Shown: one piece after another, positions 17,706 to 26,884 of the stretch | How positions within the stretch are numbered: the stretch's first letter is position 1 | Layout of the letters: each line of letters starts with the position of its first letter | Source: Pseudomonadota bacterium | GTDB taxonomy: Bacteria > Pseudomonadota > Gammaproteobacteria > Burkholderiales > Gallionellaceae | Direction of reading: 5' to 3' | Length of the DNA: 27,925 bases | Assembly: GCA_021851345.1 (NCBI GenBank) | Contig: JAJZEQ010000171.1 | Location: 1-27,925 of the forward strand | Program-made: the position numbers and the translations under genes | Notes under the pieces: generated by a model | Databases searched by the model: none | The model's input: the letters and a program-made list of their open reading frames with translations, nothing else | Told to the model about the DNA's origin: nothing

Positions 17706-17816
17706 TGCCAGTTTTTTTAATTTCCTCTGACTGCATTCCAAAAGATGTGTCATTGTCATCAAATATGAAAACCTCAATAATCCGGACACACAAAACTTCG
17801 CGCCGCCCGCCTGCGC

Positions 17817-18437
17817 TCATCCAAGCGGATGCTTGACATAAGCGAACCAGAATACGACTACTGCAACCACCATCAACACACCCAGCCAACCATACTGATG
17901 ATGGATGCCTTTCTCCGACTCGGCTGGCTTCAATCCGCTAAACATCGAACGCACCAGATTTTCACGGTGCAGGAGGCTGCTCGTCAGCACGCCAACCAGG
18001 TGCAGCGCTATCACGCCCAACATGACGTTGGTTGCGAGGCCGTGCAGTTCGACGACCAGATCGCTTGCGTCATCCTGTAGCGCCAGCACGCCTGTCACGC
18101 CGATGAACAGGCCCAGCGCCAACAGCAGCCACACCGACACACTCCCCGCCGGGTTGTGCCCCGGGTAATGCGCGGGCCTGCCTTTGACCATAGCCGACAA
18201 ATAGGCGACGATCTCTTTGGGGTTGAACAGGAAAGAACTGAACCGCGCATAGCGTGTGCCGACAAAACCCCACAACAACCTGAACACGATCAGTCCCAGC
18301 AGGATGTAGCCGAGCGCCGCATGATAATTGCGCATGCGCTCCGAAAACGCGGTCAGATAGGCCACCGCAAAAGACAGCGCCTGCAGCCAGTGAAAAACCC
18401 GCGTGGGTACGTCCCATACTAAAATGCGTCGGACCAT
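17817..18437 (-). CDS. Cytochrome b561 / Ni-hydrogenase-type membrane b cytochrome
   Basis: 206-aa ORF with four TM helices and the family's conserved His pattern (VFHWLQALSF..., HNPAGS, ELHGLATNVMLGVIALHLVGV). Confidence 0.85.
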   Translation of the reverse strand: MVRRILVWDVPTRVFHWLQALSFAVAYLTAFSERMRNYHAALGYILLGLIVFRLLWGFVGTRYARFSSFLFNPKEIVAYLSAMVKGRPAHYPGHNPAGSVSVWLLLALGLFIGVTGVLALQDDASDLVVELHGLATNVMLGVIALHLVGVLTSSLLHRENLVRSMFSGLKPAESEKGIHHQYGWLGVLMVVAVVVFWFAYVKHPLG

Positions 18438-18449
18438 GATGTGATCTCT

Positions 18450-18941
18450 TTACCTGGGTATTTTTACATTGTCTTCGCTGAAATCACCGCTGTCCGCCGT
18501 GGTATGGCAGGCCCCGCAATTGGCGCGGCTCTTGACCCCGGGGTTTTTCCAGTGGCGCGCCGCCACTTCGCTGTGCTCGGACTTGAACCGGCGGGTTTCG
18601 GTGATGCGCAGCAACGGCTTGTCCGATAATTCATGTTTCCCGGTATCGGCATTCTTTTCCAGAAATGCCGTTATCTCATCGGCCGATGCTGCATCCAGAC
18701 TGGCATCGCTGCCGAAATGCCTGGCCAGCCCCGACATGATAGCGCGCCACGATTCGGCAGGAAGCAGGCCGGGCGGATAGGCGACGTGGCAGGCGCCGCA
18801 TTCGCTTTTCCATGTGGCATTGTTGACGTTGAATTTGTAGTCGTCATCATCGTCATCGGCGTAGGCAACAGACATTGCGGCCGCCATCAACAGCATTGCA
18901 ACAGCGAATACCCGGACGAAATTCGTAAAATCGAGCGCCAC
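18450..18941 (-). CDS. Diheme cytochrome c (DHC family), periplasmic
   Basis: 163-aa ORF with a GTG start at 18941 preceded by AGGGGA. It has a signal peptide ending AYA followed by DDDDDD, and two CGACH motifs. The shared block LPAESW/LPARSW marks it as a paralogue of 16203..16778. Confidence 0.85.
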   Translation of the reverse strand: MALDFTNFVRVFAVAMLLMAAAMSVAYADDDDDDYKFNVNNATWKSECGACHVAYPPGLLPAESWRAIMSGLARHFGSDASLDAASADEITAFLEKNADTGKHELSDKPLLRITETRRFKSEHSEVAARHWKNPGVKSRANCGACHTTADSGDFSEDNVKIPR

Positions 18942-18950
18942 GGTGTTCCC

Positions 18951-19370
18951 CTAGTTTTTGGGTACGGTGAGCAGGTAGGCGAGCACGTCGCCCTTTTCCT
19001 GGGGAGTGCATTCCCGGTCCAGCACATCATTGCAGTTGCGCTTGAACCACTTCGCCACTTTTTTCATGTCGGTGAATCTTTCGGAGTTGGCGGCCGGGGC
19101 AAGCGGCTTGATGAGCTTGTCGGTCTCTGCATGCTTGCCCTGCGCGGCGGGATTGTCGGTATGGCACGAGGAACAACTCAAATCGTGGCTGTGTTTGGTC
19201 TTGAAGAAACTCTCGCCGCGCGCGGCCGAGAACCCCTGGAAGCCCGGCGTGGCTGATGCCTCCGTTTTTAGAACCGCCAGCACTTCGACCGGGGTTTCAG
19301 CGTACGCCGGATTCACCAGCAGCCCGGCAGCCGTAATGAGCAAACCAAATACAGAAATTGCGCGCAACAT
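18951..19370 (-). CDS. DUF1924-type monoheme cytochrome c
   Basis: Only the last 139 codons of the 494-aa track ORF are credible. ATG 19370 is preceded by GGGGAGA. There is a signal peptide (LLVNPAYA) and a single CSSCH motif. The upstream part of the track ORF is an antisense shadow of hrcA. Confidence 0.8.
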   Translation of the reverse strand: MLRAISVFGLLITAAGLLVNPAYAETPVEVLAVLKTEASATPGFQGFSAARGESFFKTKHSHDLSCSSCHTDNPAAQGKHAETDKLIKPLAPAANSERFTDMKKVAKWFKRNCNDVLDRECTPQEKGDVLAYLLTVPKN

Positions 19371-19607
19371 CCATGTCTCCCCAAAAATCGAAGTGACGTT
19401 GAGTGGCTTGTGAATGGGAAGTTCAGCATCAAATATAAACTTATCGCGCACACCATTCAGCAAATTTGTGCTATGCCCTGAACAGCCCCGCCCGGCACCC
19501 ATGTGCCACGGCATAGCCATCCTCCCGGCAACTTCAAGCCCGTATTTGCACGGGAAAGATTCAAGCCGCTTGAGCCTCACCATGCCAATGGTAGAATCCA
19601 CCCCCAT

Positions 19608-20627
19608 ATGCTCAACGACCGCGCACAAATCCTGCTCAGGACACTGGTAGAGCGCTACATCAGCGAAGGCCAGCCGGTCGGTTCGCGCGCCTTGCAACAA
19701 TACTCCGGCCTGGAAGTCAGCCCGGCAACCATACGAAATGTGATGTCCGAGCTGGAAGAACTCGGCCTGGTCAGCAGCCCGCACACTTCCGCAGGCCGCG
19801 TCCCCACCGGCATGGCATACCGCCTGTTCATCGACACGATGCTGGTCACCAAGCCGCTGGACAGCGCGCGCGTGCAGCAGATGGAACACAAGCTGCAGCC
19901 GGACAACCCGTCGCGGTTGATCGCCCAGGCCTCCAACCTGCTTTCCGAACTGACCCACTTCGCAGGCGTGGTCGCCACGGGGAAACGCAGCGCGATCACG
20001 GTGCGCCAGATCGAATTCCTGCGCCTGGGCGAAAAGCGCGTGCTGCTGATCATCGTGATGCCTGACGGCGAGGTGGAGAACCGCGTGCTGTTGCTGGACC
20101 GCGACTACACGCAATCGCAACTCACCGAGGCGGGCAACTTCCTCAACCAGAACTACATCGGCTGCAGCTTCTCGCAGATACGCGACCGGCTGCGCGGCGA
20201 ACTGCAGCAGCTGCACCAGGACATGAGCGCGCTGATGGCTGCGGCACTGGCCGCCGGCGACGCGGCTGAAGCAAAGCAGGCCGGGGACTACGTCATCAGC
20301 GGCGAGCACAACCTGCTGCATGTGGCGGACCTGTCCACCGACATGAACCGCCTGCGCGGCTTGTTCAACCTGTTCGAGAAAAAGACCGAACTGCTGCAGC
20401 TGCTGGATGCCGGCGGCCGCGGGCAGGGTATCCACATCTTCGTCGGCAGCGAATCCGGGCTGGCCTCGCTGGACGAGTGCAGCGTGGTCACCGCGCCCTA
20501 CTCCGCCAACGGAAAAGTCGTGGGCACGCTCGCCGTGGTCGGCCCGAAGCGCATGGACTACGAGCGCGTAATCCCGATCGTCGACATCACCGCGCGCCTG
20601 CTCGGCAATGCGCTTTCGCAGAACTAA
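19608..20627 (+). CDS. hrcA: Heat-inducible transcriptional repressor HrcA
   Basis: From ATG 19608 the product starts [29 protein letters not shown]...[14 protein letters not shown], the canonical HrcA N-terminus. The track start at 19503 adds a non-homologous extension. Confidence 0.92.
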   Translation: MLNDRAQILLRTLVERYISEGQPVGSRALQQYSGLEVSPATIRNVMSELEELGLVSSPHTSAGRVPTGMAYRLFIDTMLVTKPLDSARVQQMEHKLQPDNPSRLIAQASNLLSELTHFAGVVATGKRSAITVRQIEFLRLGEKRVLLIIVMPDGEVENRVLLLDRDYTQSQLTEAGNFLNQNYIGCSFSQIRDRLRGELQQLHQDMSALMAAALAAGDAAEAKQAGDYVISGEHNLLHVADLSTDMNRLRGLFNLFEKKTELLQLLDAGGRGQGIHIFVGSESGLASLDECSVVTAPYSANGKVVGTLAVVGPKRMDYERVIPIVDITARLLGNALSQN

Positions 20628-20662
20628 AGCCCTTCAAGACCAACTAATATAGATGCAGGCCA

Positions 20663-21104
20663 GTCCACGAAAAACACGAAAGACACGAAAAATATGGATG
20701 GTGAAATCTTGTACAGGGAAGAGTGTTATCAGATACAAGGTGTTGTGTTTGAAGTTTATCGGGAGATAGGAAGTGGTTTTCTGGAGGCTGTCTATCAGGA
20801 ATGTCTGGAAAAAGAATTATCAAAACGAGGAATTCCATTTGTAGCGCACCCAGAACTTGGCCTTTCATACAAAGGTGAACCGTTGCGCCAAACTTATATC
20901 CCCGACTTTATTTGCCACAAAGCCATTATCGTTGAACTTAAGGCGCTTGCTACTACAGGCGAACATAAGGCTCAGGTACTGAACTACCTGAAAGCATCAA
21001 GAATGCGCTTGGGATTGTTAGTCAATTTCGGTTGCTATCCAAAAGCAACAATTGAAAGGATTGTCCTTTAAAGTTTTTTCGTGCTTTTCGTGTCTTTCGT
21101 GGAC
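20663..21104. mobile_element. Possible miniature insertion module: GxxExxY gene bracketed by ~30-nt imperfect inverted repeats
   Basis: The left arm is 20663-20692, GTCCACGAAAAACACGAAAGACACGAAAAA. The reverse complement of the right arm (21074-21104) is GTCCACGAAAGACACGAAAAGCACGAAAAAA. Both are built from CACGAAA units and abut the ORF within 1-3 nt. The module sits between hrcA and hemH. Confidence 0.4.
20694..21071 (+). CDS. GxxExxY protein (PD-(D/E)XK nuclease-like small protein family)
   Basis: 125-aa ORF with the eponymous motif GFLEAVY and a D..(E/V)LK-type core (IPDFICHKAIIVELKA). Length and sequence fit the GxxExxY family as I recall it. Confidence 0.8.
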   Translation: MDGEILYREECYQIQGVVFEVYREIGSGFLEAVYQECLEKELSKRGIPFVAHPELGLSYKGEPLRQTYIPDFICHKAIIVELKALATTGEHKAQVLNYLKASRMRLGLLVNFGCYPKATIERIVL

Positions 21105-21145
21105 AGTAGGTAAAATACAATTTAACTATCCTCAGGATATTATTC

Positions 21146-22234
21146 ATGGCATATCAAACCGAACCGGCTTTCGCTCACGGCACACCCGTCAAGACCGGCA
21201 TCCTGCTGATCAATTTAGGCACGCCCGATGCGCCGACGGCACAGGCGGTGCGCCCCTACCTGAAGGAATTCCTCAGCGACCCGCGCGTGATCGAAATTCC
21301 CCGGGCGATCTGGTGGCTGATCCTGAACGGCATCATCCTCAACACCCGCCCGAAAAAATCCGCCGCGAAATACGCCTCGGTGTGGTCGCCGGAGGGTTCA
21401 CCGTTGCGCGTGCACACCGCAAAGCAGACCGCGTTGCTGCAAGGTTATCTGGGCCAGCGCACCAGATCGCCTTTCGTCGTTGACTACGCGATGCGCTACG
21501 GCAGCCCCTCTATCGCCAGCGTGCTGCGCAAGCTCAGGGAACAGAACTGCCAGCGCATCCTGGTCGTGCCCATGTATCCGCAATATGCCGCCAGCAGCAG
21601 CGGCACCGCCGTCGACGGCGTGCTGCGCGAATTGCTGCAGATGCGCAACATGCCGGCGCTGCGCACCGTCAAGAATTTCCACGACCGTCCCGGCTACATC
21701 AAGGCGCTGGCAAACAACATCAGCGAGTACTGGATGAAGAACGGCCGCCCGGAAAAACTGGTGATGAGCTTCCACGGCCTGCCGCAATTCTCGCTGGACA
21801 AGGGCGACCCCTATCACTGCGAATGCCACAAGACCGGGCGCCTGCTGGCACAGGAACTCGGACTGCAAGACGGGCAGTATTTCGTCAGCTTCCAGTCGCG
21901 CTTCGGCAGGGCCGAGTGGCTCAAGCCCTACACCACCGCGACGCTCAAGGAACTCGGCAAGCAAAAGACCAAACGCGTCGACGTGGTCTGCCCCGGCTTC
22001 GTCGCCGACTGCCTGGAAACGCTGGAAGAGATCGCGATCGAAGGCAAGGAAGATTTCCGGCACGCCGGCGGCGGCGAATACCGTTACATCCCCTGCCTCA
22101 ACGAACGCGACGACTGGATGCACGCGCTGACCGACCTGGTGATGGATAATTTGCAGGGCTGGCTGGTCGAGCCGAATGCGGCGGAGCTGGAACAGGGCAG
22201 GTTGCGCGCGCTGGGGATGGGCGCGAAAAAGTAG
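21146..22234 (+). CDS. hemH: Ferrochelatase
   Basis: 362-aa ORF with ferrochelatase hallmarks ([44 protein letters not shown]...WL.PYT, ETLEEI). Confidence 0.95.
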   Translation: MAYQTEPAFAHGTPVKTGILLINLGTPDAPTAQAVRPYLKEFLSDPRVIEIPRAIWWLILNGIILNTRPKKSAAKYASVWSPEGSPLRVHTAKQTALLQGYLGQRTRSPFVVDYAMRYGSPSIASVLRKLREQNCQRILVVPMYPQYAASSSGTAVDGVLRELLQMRNMPALRTVKNFHDRPGYIKALANNISEYWMKNGRPEKLVMSFHGLPQFSLDKGDPYHCECHKTGRLLAQELGLQDGQYFVSFQSRFGRAEWLKPYTTATLKELGKQKTKRVDVVCPGFVADCLETLEEIAIEGKEDFRHAGGGEYRYIPCLNERDDWMHALTDLVMDNLQGWLVEPNAAELEQGRLRALGMGAKK

Positions 22235-22235
22235 A

Positions 22236-22275
22236 GGGGCCGTTCGCCCTGAGGTATCGAAGGGTGAGCGGACCC
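22236..22275. repeat. REP-like hairpin immediately after hemH
   Basis: GGGGCCGTTCGCCCT-gaggtatcga-AGGGTGAGCGGACCC forms a 15-bp stem with 1 mismatch and 2 G-T pairs. There is no T-tract. The sequence type (CCCTTCGA...CTCAGGGCGAACGG on the minus strand) resembles widespread intergenic REP motifs. Confidence 0.5.
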
Positions 22276-22427
22276 AACATCAAAATCAACACCGCCCAGG
22301 ATAAAGCTACAACTGCACGCAAATAACTTAACCGGCGTCTTGTGACGGATTAGTCAGCAACTGGCCTTGAATAAAAAGCAAGAACAACTATCTTCCACCT
22401 GCAAATACTATACTAATACATTCAGTA

Positions 22428-24911
22428 ATGGCATCTATGGTAAACGCAATCCAATTCCTACCAACACCGCCAGACAGAAATCTTCTTTACATTGGCTCAT
22501 ATTATCCGGTATGGGTCGTCATCTCAATACTACTCGCCATTCTTGCGTCCTACGCTGCGCTGAAAGCCGCCGCACGAATCGACCCGCTGCATGACACCAC
22601 AACAAAACTGCTTTGGACATTGATCGCGGCGTTCACGCTGGGTATCGGTGTCTGGGCAATGCATTTCATCGGGATGACAGCACTAAGTCTGCCTTGCAGC
22701 GCCCGCTACGATCCGCTTATCACCATGGTTTCGATGATTCCGGCCGTGTTAGCCAGCGGAGTTGCGCTGGGTATAGGCTGGAACCAAAACACGAAACAGC
22801 TACCACTGGTATTCAGCAGCATTCTGCTCGGAGCCGGAATTGGAACCATGCACTACACCGGCATGTCCGCGATGAATCTGGATGGATTTGTGCGCTATGA
22901 CCCGACCTGGTTTGCACTATCTATCGTTGTAGCTGTCGGGTTGTCATACCTCGCATTGCGTGTAAAAAATAGTGCGTCCAGTTTAATGAAGTATGGTGAT
23001 GTGCTAGTTGCAGTCATCCTGGGTGGCGCAGTTTCTGGCATGCATTACACTGCCATGTTCGCTGCTTACTTTGTGCGGGGTGGCGTGGGAACATTACCTC
23101 CCTCCCTATTTACCACCCACGAAATCGCCTTTCTGGTCGCCTTAACCACAGCGTTTCTGGCACTTGGCGCACTGGCGCTCTCTGCCATTTCACGTAATCG
23201 CGAAATGGCGGATGAACTACGTATTGCAGCAACCTCGTTTGAGACCCAGGAAGGCATCCTGATCACCGATGCCGACAACGCAATCCTTAGAGTGAATCAT
23301 GCCTTTACCAAGATAACCGGGTACTCACCCGGCGAAGTGATTGGCCGGAACCCTAGAATTCTCAAGTCTGGCCGCCATGATATGAACTTTTATACGGCAA
23401 TGTGGAATGAAATCATGCATGCAGGCGTTTGGGATGGTGAAATTTGGAACCGCCACAAAAACGGTGATGCCTACCTTGAACATCTCATTATCACCGCTGT
23501 AAAAAACAAAAGTGGCGCCGTTACGAACTATGTTGCCACAATCACCGACTTCACGATGAGCACGGAGGTGGCGAACAGAATCAATTATTTGGCGTTCTAT
23601 GATCCGCTCACCGAACTGCCCAACCGGCTGCTGCTCATGGACCGGCTTCAGCAAGCCTTGAATGCAAGTGAACGAAGTGGACGGTCAGGTGCACTGGTGT
23701 TTCTTGATTTAGACCAGTTCAAGACACTCAACGATACGCTCGGCCATGACATCGGCGACCTGCTGCTGCAACAGGTAGCGCAACGCCTGGCCGCCTTAGT
23801 GCGCGAAGGCGACACCGTGGCCCGCCTGGGCGGTGACGAGTTCGTGGTGATACTGGAAATGCTGAGCGAATTTGCTCAAGAAGCCGCGGAACAGGCGGAA
23901 ACCATCAGCAAAAAAATTCAAGCTGCACTTAATCAACCCTACCAGCTTGCTGCTCATCAATATCGCAACACCCCCAGTGTTGGCGTCACTCTATTTCATG
24001 GTCACCAGACATCTGCAGAAAACCTGATGAAGCAAGCCGATATCGCCATGTACCAGGCCAAGCAGGCGGGCCGCAACACCATGCGTTTCTTTGACCCCAA
24101 GATGCAGGAAATCATCAACGCTCATGCCGCTCTTGAACACGATCTGCGCCAGGCAATAGAACAGCAACAATTCCAGTTGCATTACCAGATTCAGGTGGAA
24201 GGCATGAACCGTGCCTTTGGTGCAGAAGCATTGATCCGTTGGAACCACCCCCTGCGTGGAATGGTACCGCCTGCCGAGTTTATTCCATTGGCTGAAGAAA
24301 CCAAGCTGATCCTGCCCATCGGACTTTGGGTGCTGGAAGGGGCATGCGCCCAGCTCAAAGCATGGGAACAGAACGAGTCCACCCGCGATCTTGTCTTGGC
24401 CGTAAACGTCAGTGCCAAACAATTTCACCAGGCAGATTTCGTGAATCAAGTGCAAGCCGCCATACAACATCATGCCATCAACCCGGCGCGTCTCAAACTG
24501 GAACTAACCGAAGGAATTTTACTGGCGTCTATTGAGGACACCATAGTAACGATGAACACTTTGAACAAACTCGGTGTCCGTTTTTCATTGGATGACTTCG
24601 GCACCGGCTATTCATCTTTGCAATATCTCAAACTACTACCGCTGGATCAGATCAAAATCGACCAATCCTTTGTGCGTGATATAGCCACCGATCCTAACGA
24701 TGCAGCCATCGTGCAGACCATTATTGCAATGGCCGAGACATTGGGATTGAATGTGATTGCGGAAGGGGTTGAAACCGAAATGCAGCGTGAATTTCTTGAA
24801 CTGTGCGGCTGCACTCACTATCAGGGGCACTTGTTCGGCAAGCCGTTACCAATTACTGAATTCCATGTGCTACTGAAGGAAATTGATTACAGGCGGCATG
24901 GCGAATCTTGA
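22428..24911 (+). CDS. MHYT-PAS-GGDEF-EAL signalling protein (c-di-GMP turnover)
   Basis: 827-aa ORF. The membrane domain carries three MHYT-type motifs (MHFIGM, MHYTGM, MHYTAM). The PAS block is ILITDADNAILRVNHAFTKITGY. The GGDEF motif is intact (RLGGDEFVV), as are the EAL motifs (EALIRW, DDFGTGYSSL). Confidence 0.92.
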   Translation: MASMVNAIQFLPTPPDRNLLYIGSYYPVWVVISILLAILASYAALKAAARIDPLHDTTTKLLWTLIAAFTLGIGVWAMHFIGMTALSLPCSARYDPLITMVSMIPAVLASGVALGIGWNQNTKQLPLVFSSILLGAGIGTMHYTGMSAMNLDGFVRYDPTWFALSIVVAVGLSYLALRVKNSASSLMKYGDVLVAVILGGAVSGMHYTAMFAAYFVRGGVGTLPPSLFTTHEIAFLVALTTAFLALGALALSAISRNREMADELRIAATSFETQEGILITDADNAILRVNHAFTKITGYSPGEVIGRNPRILKSGRHDMNFYTAMWNEIMHAGVWDGEIWNRHKNGDAYLEHLIITAVKNKSGAVTNYVATITDFTMSTEVANRINYLAFYDPLTELPNRLLLMDRLQQALNASERSGRSGALVFLDLDQFKTLNDTLGHDIGDLLLQQVAQRLAALVREGDTVARLGGDEFVVILEMLSEFAQEAAEQAETISKKIQAALNQPYQLAAHQYRNTPSVGVTLFHGHQTSAENLMKQADIAMYQAKQAGRNTMRFFDPKMQEIINAHAALEHDLRQAIEQQQFQLHYQIQVEGMNRAFGAEALIRWNHPLRGMVPPAEFIPLAEETKLILPIGLWVLEGACAQLKAWEQNESTRDLVLAVNVSAKQFHQADFVNQVQAAIQHHAINPARLKLELTEGILLASIEDTIVTMNTLNKLGVRFSLDDFGTGYSSLQYLKLLPLDQIKIDQSFVRDIATDPNDAAIVQTIIAMAETLGLNVIAEGVETEMQREFLELCGCTHYQGHLFGKPLPITEFHVLLKEIDYRRHGES

Positions 24912-25119
24912 ACGGCTGCTTCGAAGCGATTCGAAAGTCGCCTATGTGCGGAGCACTGCAAAAGGGTGGCAACTTAAGGCGATTTGTATAACCTTTCGAC
25001 TAAACTGGCAAACACCTCCGGCTGAGTCGTAGGCTACAGCTGCCAGGCAATCTCGAAGATGTTGATTGTGATGTTGGTTTTTGCTCCCTATCAAATTAAA
25101 GGATGTTTTTACAATTACC

Positions 25120-25764
25120 ATGTACACCCCCAAACATTTTGAAGAACCCCGCATCGAAGTCATGCACGAGCTGATGCGTGCTCGGCCGCTGGCGACCCTG
25201 GTCACGCTGTCTTCCGGCGGACTCGATGCAAATCACATTCCGCTGCACCTGTCGGATGCGCCTGCGCCGTTCGGCACCCTGCGCGGCCATGTTGCGCGCG
25301 CGAATCCGCTGTGGCGCGACTTCGCAAAGGACGTCGAGGTGCTGGCGATATTCCACGGCCCGGACAGCTACATCACGCCGTCCTGGTATGCCACCAAGCG
25401 GGAAACCGGCAAAGTCGTCCCCACCTGGAATTACGCGGTCGTTCATGCCTATGGCACGTTGCGCATCATCGATGATCCCGTGTGGGTGCGCGCCCAGCTC
25501 GAAGCGCTCACCGCGCACAACGAAGCGGGCTTTGCCCATCCCTGGTCGGTGGCGGACGCGCCGCACGATTACACCGAAAAACTGATAGCGACCATAGTCG
25601 GATTCGAGATCATCATCACCAAACTGACAGGCAAATGGAAAGTGAGCCAGAACCAGCCTGCGCAAAATCAGGCTGGCGTTATTGCCGGGCTGAGCGGCAG
25701 CGGACTGCACGATTCAGAAGATATGGCAACGCTGGTTGCCGCGAACCCGCAGAGTTTTAACTGA
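25120..25764 (+). CDS. paiB: FMN-binding negative transcriptional regulator, PaiB family
   Basis: From ATG 25120 the product reads MYTPKHFEEPRIEVMHELMRARPLATLVT...HIPL...GHVARANP...ITPSWY...VPTWNY..VH..G...KLTGKWKVSQN, the typical PaiB pattern. The track start at 25081 is a TTG extension. Confidence 0.85.
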   Translation: MYTPKHFEEPRIEVMHELMRARPLATLVTLSSGGLDANHIPLHLSDAPAPFGTLRGHVARANPLWRDFAKDVEVLAIFHGPDSYITPSWYATKRETGKVVPTWNYAVVHAYGTLRIIDDPVWVRAQLEALTAHNEAGFAHPWSVADAPHDYTEKLIATIVGFEIIITKLTGKWKVSQNQPAQNQAGVIAGLSGSGLHDSEDMATLVAANPQSFN

Positions 25765-25821
25765 GCGTCATTGAATCATTTTTCGCAGACATATTGTTTC
25801 ATCAAATCCAAGGTGGCTGAA

Positions 25822-26748
25822 ATGAGAACTGTCGTTGCTTGCCTGGGAATCACACTATTGATATTGCTGAACCCGTGCGCATCGGCAGGCCCGATTCGTG
25901 ACCGGATAATCGCCGAACGAATCGCGAAGGCCCAAACCGATGAAGACGACGGTAGCGCGAGCGGCAAATTTTCCCTGCCGGCAGGTATCACCGTGCAGCG
26001 CGATGTAGCCTATGGCGCGGACGCTGCGCAACGCATGGACGTTTATATTCCGCAGAATGCGCACAATGCACCCGTGGTATTCATGGTTCATGGCGGCGCA
26101 TGGTTTATTGGCGACAAGGGGGCGGCGGGCGTAGTCGAAAACAAGGCTGCTCGCTGGCTACCAAAGGGCGTTGTGTTCGTATCCGTCAATTACCGGATGT
26201 TGCCCCAGGCATATCCGCTGGAGCAGGCGAACGATGTTGCGATGGCGCTTGCCAAGGCGCAAAGTCTCGCGGCCTCGTGGGGTGGCGACCCTGCCGGTTT
26301 TGTTCTGATGGGGCACTCTGCCGGAGCACACCTCATTGCACTCATCGCCTCTTCACCCGCACTCGCCAAACAGCATGGAGTGCGCCCGTGGCTAGGGACG
26401 GTGATGCTCGACAGCGCGGCGCTGGATGTCGTGCGTATCATGGAATCGAAACACCTGCGCTTGTATGACAACGCCTTCGGGAGTGACCTGTCCGGCTGGC
26501 AAGCCGCTTCGCCATTCCACCAGTTGTCCGGCATGACGGTACCTCTGCTGGCAGTATGTTCCACGCAACGCGACGACTCTTGCACGCAGGCGCGCAGCTT
26601 TGCCGCAAAGGCTTCCTCGCTCGGCGTCCGAGCCAGTGTTCTGCCCGTTGACCTGACCCACAAAAAAATCAATCATGATCTGGGATTACCCGGCACTTAT
26701 ACTGACAGTGTCGAATCGTTCATGCGCTCGCTGGGTTTACCGTTGTAA
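25822..26748 (+). CDS. Secreted alpha/beta hydrolase (esterase/lipase-type, HGG and GHSAG motifs)
   Basis: ATG 25822 is preceded by AAGGTGG. There is a signal peptide (LLILLNPCASA), an oxyanion HGGAW motif and the nucleophile elbow GHSAGA. The track start at 25771 is a TTG. Confidence 0.8.
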   Translation: MRTVVACLGITLLILLNPCASAGPIRDRIIAERIAKAQTDEDDGSASGKFSLPAGITVQRDVAYGADAAQRMDVYIPQNAHNAPVVFMVHGGAWFIGDKGAAGVVENKAARWLPKGVVFVSVNYRMLPQAYPLEQANDVAMALAKAQSLAASWGGDPAGFVLMGHSAGAHLIALIASSPALAKQHGVRPWLGTVMLDSAALDVVRIMESKHLRLYDNAFGSDLSGWQAASPFHQLSGMTVPLLAVCSTQRDDSCTQARSFAAKASSLGVRASVLPVDLTHKKINHDLGLPGTYTDSVESFMRSLGLPL

Positions 26749-26801
26749 TTCGTGGCGTACGCATTATTTCATCGATGTGGCCGATCTATTGATTGCGCCG
26801 G

Positions 26802-26826
26802 CGTAATGTGCGCACTGCGCGCATTA
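26802..26826. promoter_or_regulatory. 25-nt near-perfect palindrome between the hydrolase and Lon-like genes (operator or transcript-end hairpin)
   Basis: GTAATGTGCGC-act-GCGCGCATTAC, with 10 of 11 arm positions complementary. No T-tract follows. Confidence 0.3.
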
Positions 26827-26884
26827 CATCCTGTTCCGACTAGTGGTTACAATTCGTGCATCTACCTGCGCCCATAATTAAACA

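Noticed and set aside
17490-17789. 99-aa ORF in the cytochrome-cluster gap
   Set aside because: It is translated straight through the REP/MITE-like palindromes (…RRSRRGNPGQ…LLHFVRNDG…), a typical repeat-derived artefact, and it has no SD.
19371-19607. CIRCE operator (TTAGCACTC-N9-GAGTGCTAA) or sigma-32 promoter upstream of hrcA
   Set aside because: No CIRCE-like inverted repeat is present. A CTTGA...CCCCATAT pair exists, but with ~26-nt spacing and overlapping the start codon. A TTGAGC-N16-TAGAAT sigma-70-like pair (19570-19597) would leave almost no 5' UTR. None is convincing enough to annotate.
19371-20435. N-terminal ~355 codons of the 494-aa minus-strand track ORF 18951..20435
   Set aside because: This part runs antisense through hrcA, which is confidently identified on the plus strand. 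It has Arg/Ala/Gln-rich shadow-frame composition. A good SD (GGGGAGA) and a signal peptide begin only at ATG 19370. Only 18951..19370 is called.
21398-22123. 241-aa minus-strand ORF antisense to hemH; similarly 25096..25710 antisense to paiB, 27056..27715 antisense to the Lon-like gene, and 461..895 antisense to the CBS gene
   Set aside because: Each is fully embedded opposite a gene with strong family motifs and has no recognisable features of its own.
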